From NCBI RefSeq assembly GCF_006345805.1, contig NC_043003.1:104222001-104286000 (forward strand): 64,000 nt of DNA, in the 5' to 3' direction. Under the pieces are notes generated by a model, which was not told where the DNA came from, ran no database searches, and saw only the letters and a program-made list of their open reading frames with translations. The position numbers were made by a program, and so were the translations under genes. Positions 55,788 through 64,000 of the stretch are shown piece by piece. Position 1 is the first letter of the stretch. The number at the start of each line of letters is the position of its first letter. The DNA is from Octopus sinensis. Lineage: Eukaryota.

Positions 55788-56312
55788 GTAAGTAACTGTT
55801 TGTTATTCTAGTAAAACTCATATCATCATTCATCATCATCATCTTTTAACATCCATGTTTGACGCTGGCATGGATTAGATAGTTTGACAGGATTCAATGG
55901 GCCCTGCTCCCCTGTCTAGTTTGACATGTTTTCTATGGTTGGATGCCCTTCCCAATGTCAACCACTTTACAATGTGTACTGGTTGATGACAAACTCCAAG
56001 AGAGATGTATTCTCTCTTGAGTTAAGCCTGAGCAGCCAACTACTGTAATTAAATTAACTGTGCACCTTTTCCACATTATCATTATCATTTAATGTCCATG
56101 CTCCAAGGTGGCACAAGCTGGATGGTTGGATGGCAGGATTTGATGGGTCCAAGAATTGCAAAGTGCTCCACTGTCTACTTTAGCACAGTTTCTATGGCTG
56201 GATGCCCTTCCCAACGCCAGTCACTCTACAGCATGTACTAGGTGCCTTTTTCATGCCACTGGCACCAGTGAAGTTGCCATGCAGCTTGCAAGACAATGAA
56301 ACTGAGAAAGGT

Positions 56313-58270
56313 GCCTTCAAGGCACTTTACACTCAGAACTCTCTCCAACATCTTGTGGACGCAATGGATTCGGATGAGAATTTCAAGTTAAAGGAGTACT
56401 AGCATTACTTCACAATCACAATGTGCCTGTCAGTCATCCACGCTGCTCTTAAAGACATGAAAACAGAAACCTTCATCACATGCTGGAAGAATGTGTGGCC
56501 AGAGTGTGTCCAGGACTACAAGGGCTTCTCACCTGAAGTTATTCAGCATGAGGCTGTCACCAATGCGGTGAAACTGGCAAAGGTACTTGGTGGTGAAGGT
56601 TTTGATGGCATCACACAAGATGAGGTCAACAACCTCATCAATGCCCACTCTGAAACCCTGACAAACAAAGATTTGTTGGAGTCAGCAAAGAGGAGAAAGC
56701 ACCAGATCCAGAGGAAGAGGATGAGGTGGGCCTGGCAATCGAACATCCTTTTAAGGACAGTAAAGGAATTGCAAGTGAAGGTGGAAGCATGGGATCCCTA
56801 TATAGTTTGGTCTCTCCAATATAAAAATGCTATCACTGCTGCTATGCAGACATATAAAATTCTCCTCACCACCATGAAGAAACAACAACAGCAACTTCCC
56901 ATCACGATGCTCCTCAAGCCCACCAAGAAAGCCTTGCACGAAGATACGACATCCCCTGAAACAGCTGAAGAAGAGGCGTCACCTGAAGAGCTTTAAATCT
57001 TCTTTGCTGTGCAGTCATTGCCATAATTATTTTCATCATCATCATCTTAAATCAATACCATTCATTATTGGTGAGTGACTGTACATTTTATTTTATTTTT
57101 TACTAAATTACTATTAAATATATATATATATATAAAATACAAAATGGGACAAGAACGCAAAACATCCAGACAGTTAGGTAATACAAAAAAAGGGACAACA
57201 AAACATCCAGATAGACGATATAAAGAAAACAAGGATGGGTCATTCGGAGTTTTCTTTCCTCGGTCAAGTTCCAGATTATCTTTGCAATTGCGGCTGGTTA
57301 TACTCGAGATTGCTCCAATCTGGCCAGCCCCAAAGAAAAACTAAACTCAGAGCATTAGATTCCTTGGAAGAAAGTAGCGAATGTATACGAAAACAAGGAT
57401 GGAAAAAAACAGAGTATGTTACGCAAATACAAATAACAGGACATAACAACAGGTGTCTTTCAACTAAGGATGAATTGAATCAAGCTGGTGTGTGTAGAAA
57501 TAAAGCCTTACAGTAGGGATACAGGATTTCACAGGCACAAGGAGGAATATAGATGTTGCATGGACGGCGACCGAACCAAGAAAGAAAGATCAGGCTTGGC
57601 CGAACACCAGTCACGTGGTGAGAGAGAGGTAGAGGCAGAGGGGCAAGAAAAAATGACAGGGTCACAGTGAAGTGAAAAGAGGAGGGAAAGTGAGCAAGAA
57701 GAGAAGGCAAGGAAATGTGAGAGAGGGGGAACGAAAGAAAGAAGGGTACACTTTGGTCTCTTATATGTAAGTATATATTTATCTAAATCTTGTACAACTC
57801 TATTTTTCTTTTGTTCCCCTCTCTCACATTTCCTTGTCTTCTCTTCTTGCTTACTTTCCCTCATCTTTTCACTTCACTGTGTCCCTGTCATTTTTTCTCG
57901 CCCCATCCTTAATTCTTTTGTCCTTCTACCTCTCTCTCTTCTCTCCCCACGTGACCGATGTTCAGCCAAACCTGATCTTTCTTTCTTGGTTTGGCCATCA
58001 TCCATGCAAAGGCTATATTCCTCCCTGTGCCTGTGAAATCTTGTATCCCTGCCGTGAGGCTTTATTTCCTCTCACGCCAGCTTGATTTAATTTGTCCTTA
58101 GTCGAAAGACACCTGTTGTTATGTCCTGTTATTTGTATTTGCGTAACATTCTCCGTCTTTTTTTTTCCATCCTTGTTTTCTTTGTATTGTCTATCTGGAT
58201 GTTTTGTTGTCTCTTTTTGGTATCACCTAACTGTCTGGATGTTTTGTGTTCTTGTCCCATTTTGTATTTT

Positions 58271-58301
<31 letters not shown>

Positions 58302-58458
58302 TATATACATACATATATATGTGTGTGTATATATATATATTATGTCATATTTTGACATTTATAGGCATTTTTATGGATCATGTCCAATATTCACGATTTT
58401 TCACTATTCGTGGGTGTTCTAGGAACCTAATCCCTGCGAATACCTTGGGACTACTGTA
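56313..58458 (+). mobile_element. second, 5'-truncated copy of the same Tigger family, in intron 2 of the ANKRD40-like gene
   Basis: ORF 56421-56996 is nearly identical to the C-terminal part of ORF 20567-21448. It ends GGGACTACTG|TA at ~58458 and is interrupted by a palindromic insertion at ~57133-58272. Confidence 0.88.
57133..58272. repeat. ~1.1-kb imperfect palindrome (foldback repeat) nested in the (TA)n of the Tigger 3' end
   Basis: AAAATACAAAATGGGACAAGAAC...CAAGGATGG (57135-57240) inverts to 58166-58272. 57390-57745 inverts to 57805-58170, with a ~60-nt spacer. Confidence 0.8.
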
Positions 58459-58593
58459 TAACAAAATAGACCAGCCCAAAACTTAACGGCAATTTAATTA
58501 AATAGCCAATTAACAGTAGGAATGTTCCAAATATGTTTTATTACCCCTATTTCCTTTTCGAACCTTTATTGTTTTCTTCTCCTTTCATTCTAG

Positions 58594-58761
58594 TCTCAGA
58601 TGCAGCTGCTTTGGATATAAAGGAACCCAACTTACCAATTCATCCCAATTATTTAGCTCATCCTGTATTTCCGCACACAACTCCTACGCAGTCCACACCT
58701 TCAAGTGCCCCTCAACAGCTGCCTCCATCCAAAGGAATATATTCATATAACACTGAGAATG
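58594..58761 (+). CDS. ANKRD40: ANKRD40-like exon 3a (VSDAAALDIKEPNLPIHPNYLAHPVFPHTTPTQSTPSSAPQQLPPSKGIYSYNTEN), phase 1-1
   Basis: Pyrimidine tract plus TAG acceptor at 58591-58593; donor AATG|GTTAGT; 168 nt, symmetric. LPIHPNYLAHPVFP resembles the conserved ANKRD40 motif (LPFVPNYLANPAFP in human, from memory). Confidence 0.8.
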
Positions 58762-60548
58762 GTTAGTAGAAACATTATTCTTTTTGTCTTGATATCTTCA
58801 CCTTTTTTTTTTTTGTTATCTCCCTCAATCTTCTCTGCTGTCCCCTATGCGATCGTTTTTCATCTTCATATCCTCATTTCTCTGTATCCTTTTTTCTGTT
58901 CACTCTTTTCCATTGCTCACCTTTGTCTCTTTTATACTATTCCCACCTTTTCTTTTTTTTTTTTTTTGGCTGTCCCTCTATATTGGTTTCAAATTTTTGC
59001 ACAATGCCAGCAACTTCAGGGGAGTGGGTAAGCCAATTACATCAACCCTATTACTCAACTGGCACTTATTTTACCAACTCTGAAAGGATGAAAGGTAAAG
59101 TCGACCTCAGCAGAGTTGGAACCCAGAATGTAAAGACAATGAAATACCTCTAATTATTTTTTACCTGCCGTTCTAACAATTCTTCCAGCTTGCTGCTTGC
59201 TATCCCTGTATATTGTTGAAACATCTGAAGAGATCAACCCAATGATTTTCAGTGTCCTCCTTATGCTAACAAATGAGGATACAAACATTAAATCCATCAA
59301 ATCAGTGAGACCCATCATACACTATCATGTTTTTATGTTGGACACTGAATATCAGGATCGTATTTTCCGCTTCTAAATGACAAATACCTCTTTCTGGAAT
59401 AATTACCTCCCTTATACCGATATTCTATTTGGGAAACGAAATTTGTCTCATTGCTTTGAACCCCACAGGATCTGGCAATAAAAACCAGCTCAGTGAATTA
59501 TGAGGTTTCTTGAAAGTATTAAATAGACATTTTGTAGTTAGTAGTTGTTTAACCCCTATCCTCTTCGAATCAGCCCCAATCCAGCAGGTCTATATTCGAG
59601 CGTTTCAGTTGTGACCATCCTATCTTTTATTCAGACATTGTGTATCAAGGACTACATTATCCACTGTGTCCTTCCTTATTTAAGATGGTATTAGTATGTA
59701 TTTTTTTAGGGTGATTTGGCTGCTATTTCTAGCAGACTGAGCTAACACATAATACTCCTTTATTCGATTTGGGTTTCAAAGCTTTTGAAGATTAAAGTAA
59801 GAATCAGTTCATTATCGACTATGCTCAACCATCCCTCACCAGTCCTAAGAATTGATGCTGGATCAATTGTTGTTGTCATTTGCATAATACCATTGTTGGT
59901 GCAATGGGTCCTCCTCCTCATCATCATTTAATGTCTGTTTTCCATGCTGGTATGAGTTGTGTAGTTTAACAGGATCCAACAAGTTGAAGGACTACATTGA
60001 GCCCCAGTGTCTGTTTTGGTATAGTTTCTATGGCTGAATGCCTTTCCTAATGCCAACTGCTTCACAGAGTGTACTGCATGTTTTTTAGCATGATACTGGC
60101 ACTTTGCAAGAGAAGGACAAAGTTCCCTTGACTGGGTGGAGTTGTAGTACAAGTCTTTATGCCAGGATTGAGATGCTGAAATATAGTAGAGGAACAGACA
60201 CAGGTATCATGCTATAAAGGGGATAAAAAGCTACCCCACATTATATAAGGGTGAGTGAGGATAGCTGGAAGGAAGACAAAGATGGTGGTAGTGAGACTTG
60301 GAAGTTACAAAAAGGTGAATATATAAGAGAAGATCAGAAGTGGAGATGTTCATAGATGGGCAGGTAAGTTCATTAGAGTGTAATAGGAGAGTGACAGACA
60401 GTTCAGAGAGTGAGATAGAGATGAATGATAAACCAGGGTGGAGGTTTTTATTGGTGATAAGTAAGAGATTGGAGGAGAAAGTGAAAGAACTAGGAATGGC
60501 TCAGGAAGGAGGTGATATGTAGCAGTACAGGAATGGTAAAGAGTAGTA

Positions 60549-60587
<39 letters not shown>

Positions 60588-61198
60588 AATTATTGTATAC
60601 AGTGCTCAGGTGCACCACAACTTGTCAGAAAGTGCATATAAAGTACATGCAGTAATGTAAAAATGTCTGGAAAGCGAACAATGTATGAGTCAGATACATG
60701 TTTGTGTGTGTATGGAGGGGAGAAAATCAAGTGTAGTGTTGGCGAATCTCAGAAAGCATGGAAGTTTTGAAGGATGCAGTGCTCCGACAACTAACAACTG
60801 ATGCCGGCAGTTTGTTCCATGCTTCAGCAACTCTGAGCGTGAAAAAATGTTTCCTGAAGTCATGAAGTAATATAATAAACCTGTAGATAGATCAGGAAAT
60901 AGGGAGATGATGTGCATGGTTGAAGAGTGATGGGAAAGCAAGAAAGAGATGTATTGTGACAGAGATGGAGAGGTGGCTTTTGTGAATGAATGAGAAAGGT
61001 GGTTGTGGGTCGTTGACAGCAGGTTTGGGATGATGTTAAGAATAGTGTCAGATATGAGGTATTAAAGATAAGATAAGTCCTAAGATGTAGCTCAAAGGAA
61101 TGAGTTACAGCTCATGGTTCTAAACAAATGTGGTTGCTATTTTCCTTTCCTTTCTTTTCTTAATTTCTTTCTCTTTTTTTTTCTGTTTTTTGTTACAG

Positions 61199-61372
61199 TC
61201 ACAGATGCCACTGCTGCTTTGGATATAAAAGAACAGAACGCACCGATCCATTCAAATTACCAGGCACATCGAGCAATGCCACACGCAAACCCTACACAAC
61301 CTGCTCACAGTGGTGTTCCACAGCAGCAGATGGTACCATCCAAAGGTTTATTTGCCTTTAACCTTGAAAATG
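61199..61372 (+). CDS. ANKRD40: ANKRD40-like exon 3b, tandem paralog of 3a (VTDATAALDIKEQNAPIHSNYQAHRAMPHANPTQPAHSGVPQQQMVPSKGLFAFNLEN), phase 1-1
   Basis: Long pyrimidine tract plus TACAG acceptor; same donor context as 3a (AATG|GTTAGTAG); 174 nt, open and symmetric. About 34 of 58 residues are identical to 3a by manual alignment. Confidence 0.72.
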
Positions 61373-62142
61373 GTTAGTAGCTTCATCATGTTACTTTTTA
61401 TATAGATTGATTGGAATTGAAAACCAGAGAAGAATAAGCAAGCTATAGATATAACTTCTGATAACCTTTTAAACAAAAAATCAGTATTGGAATCAGTTTT
61501 TGTTTTTAAATTTTTTAATATCATCATCATTATCATTTTAATATCCACTTTTCCATGCTCTCATAGGTTGGACAGAATTCACTGAGGCAGATTTTTCTAC
61601 AGTTAAATGAGATGCCCTTCCTGTCATTAGTCCTCACCTGTTTCCAAGCAAGTCAATATTTCCCTATGGCCAGACATGTCTTTTTACAGATCACTTGTGT
61701 GACCATGATGCATGTTTACTACTAACATGATATCAGGACAAGGGTACACACTAACACATGCACACACACATATATATATATATGAAGGACTTTCAGTTTC
61801 TGTAAATCCATTCAAAAAGCTTTGTTGGCTTAGGGCTATTGTAGAAGACACTTGCCCAAGGTGCCACACAATGGGACGGAACCTGAAAGCACATAGTTGG
61901 GAAGTAAGCTTCTTAACCACACAGCCACGTCTGCACCTATTTAACATATAATCCTAATTCAAGACCACACACTAACAACACACTCGGTAATTGTTCAGTC
62001 TTCCCCCTTCTCTTACAGTTGTAACATGTACTTATCTCATAATGGCTACGTACATAACCATGAACTTTACATGTGAAATTGTCTTTCTGTATCAAAAATC
62101 TTTTTGACTATGTAGGTTGTAAGTGTTTTTGATTGCTTGCAG

Positions 62143-62175
62143 CCCTTACTTATAGAGATGCTGCTGCTTTAAATG
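62143..62175 (+). CDS. candidate 33-nt microexon ((A)LTYRDAAALN), phase 1-1
   Basis: TTTTTGATTGCTTGCAG| acceptor and AATG|GTATGT donor. Frame-compatible with 3a/3b and repeats their DAAAL motif and terminal AATG. Short, so it could be chance. Confidence 0.3.
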
Positions 62176-63289
62176 GTATGTCCTAGAGAAGGGATTGACA
62201 AGTTAGGTATCTTCTATGAAAGTATCAAATTTGCTCAATGCAGCAGCAAAACTTCCTTGATACATCTCATTGCTGTGGTCACAACAGAAACTTTTGCCAC
62301 AAGATCTAAATCTTAGGATAATTTGCTTCCCAGGAAAAGATGTTCACAGCTAAAACACTGAGTGAAAGTGGCTAGTATTGTTGATGATGATGATGTTTGA
62401 GACAGTATCATTGTTGTGTGTTCATGCATAAGTGTGATGGTATATTGTAAGATTGTCTTCTTTTTACCTGTAACAATTGTCTTTGTGTCCCAATTGAAGA
62501 ATATTTTCAAACTTTCTGTTCATGGAAGTAATGAAAATCTAATGTGAAGAATTGAGATGTTGTTGAGAATGGTAACAGGTATGAGAGTCCAAAGACATAG
62601 CTCAAAGGAGAGGGTCACCCATGATTAGAAATGGTTAGAAATAGCAAGTCAATCATAAATGTAAAAGAGAGAAGAACAAAAGTGGTTATAACTGAATCCT
62701 GTGATACATGGCAGTTAATAGAACATGGGTTGGTGAGAGCTGTGTCAGCACATGTAATAAGGTTGTCTTGTAGGATACTTCTGATTTAAGGGTGAGCAAA
62801 TGAATAAAGTCCACAACCAAGCAATTTAATTAAGAAGTTCTAACATCAGGAATGTTGCCCACATTCACATGAGTATGTAGATAAGTTATCTGATTAAATT
62901 AAGTTGTTGCCTCCCCAATTTTTTGTCTGATGAAAAAGAACCTTTGATTGAACATGATCGAAATTAATACAGTAAAGACACAAATATCTCAAAAATCTCT
63001 GTAGAAATTGTTGCATTCACACACAAGTGCAGGCATGGCTAAGTACTGGTATGGGTGTGTGTTGTTGAGAGGTTTGCTTCCCAACCACATTATTTCAGGT
63101 TCAATTTAACACTCAAGGTGCCAGTGTAAAACCAATGACACTTGCCCCAGGCTGACCAAACCCTTGAGAGTGGATTTGGTAGGCAGAAACTGAAAGAAGC
63201 TTGTAATTTATCAGGTCATTAAGAATGCAGTGTTTGATTTTGAACTGAAAGTTTATTTTACTTTATCTTAACAAAAAGTAATGCATTTA

Positions 63290-64000
63290 ATCTAAGTATG
63301 CTCCTAATTTATCAACACAATTTTGCCATTTTATCGGTAGATTATTTATGCCGGCAGCAAAGAATTCTGGAGAGCAAGAGGGGATGAAATCATGAAAGGC
63401 TGTTTTTGCACCTTCTCAAATTTGAAGTTTTTTCATTTCAAAAAGTTGTTTAATGCCTGGAAAACGTGATAGTCAGTTGGTACAAGATCTGGTGAATATG
63501 GTGGATGACAGAATACTTCCAAGTTCAGTTCCTGTAACTTGAGTAGCATTCTTTGTGCCACATATGGTCAAGCATTGTCTTGCAAGAAAGTTAGCTAGTC
63601 TCTATTGATCAATATCGGTTGTTTAATTGCGAGTTCACTCATCATTTCATCCGTTGTAATTGACTTACCAGGTCCCATGAAGCTGTTGTGGATGACATCA
63701 GTGCTGGACCACCAAACAGATACCATTAGCTTTTTTTGGTGAATATTCTTTTTTGGATTGTGTTTTGGCACTCCATTTCTATCCAACTACCATGCAGAAT
63801 GCTTGCTGTTGCTGAAAAGAATCCATTTTTCATCACAAGTAACTATATGATGCAAAAATGGTTTGCTTTTATGCCCTGAACAGCAAGTTTCAAGACGACA
63901 TGTCATTTGATGCTCATTCAGTTTGTGTGGTACCCGCTTGTCCAGATTCTTTACCTTACCAATTTGTTTCAGATGGTGTGATACAGTTGGAATGGAAATA
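63290..64000 (-). mobile_element. mariner transposase remnant (runs off the window end)
   Basis: Motifs KKLMVSVWW, LQDNA and HPPYSPDLVPTDYHVFQALNNFL; frameshifted. Confidence 0.9.

Overview
AT-rich, repeat-dense eukaryotic window. The tRNA-derived SINE families and (TA)n/(CA)n arrays look like coleoid cephalopod DNA, probably Octopus; this is an inference from repeat families I recognise. Nearly all long ORFs in the supplied track are microsatellite artefacts. One spliced protein-coding gene can be reconstructed by hand on the + strand, an ANKRD40-like ankyrin-repeat gene with an unusual doubled architecture. Two paralogous start-codon exons (36584-36798 and 51734-51891) both end in phase 2 and both read in frame into a single exon 2 (55639-55787). 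Two tandem paralogous symmetric phase 1-1 exons follow (58594-58761, 61199-61372), then a possible 33-nt microexon (62143-62175); the gene probably continues beyond the window. The ORF track misses an intronless CMC4 (twin Cx9C) copy at 25036-25242 with an in-frame TGA, a uORF, AATAAA and an A-rich tail, which looks like a retrocopy. Three hammerhead-ribozyme folds occur in Penelope-like repeat ends, one with a ~140-nt microsatellite in loop II. The rest is transposon debris: two Tigger/pogo copies, a CR1-clade LINE, Gypsy integrase plus LTR, mariner, a hAT element with TSD, Helitron-like elements, foldback palindromes and SINE clusters.
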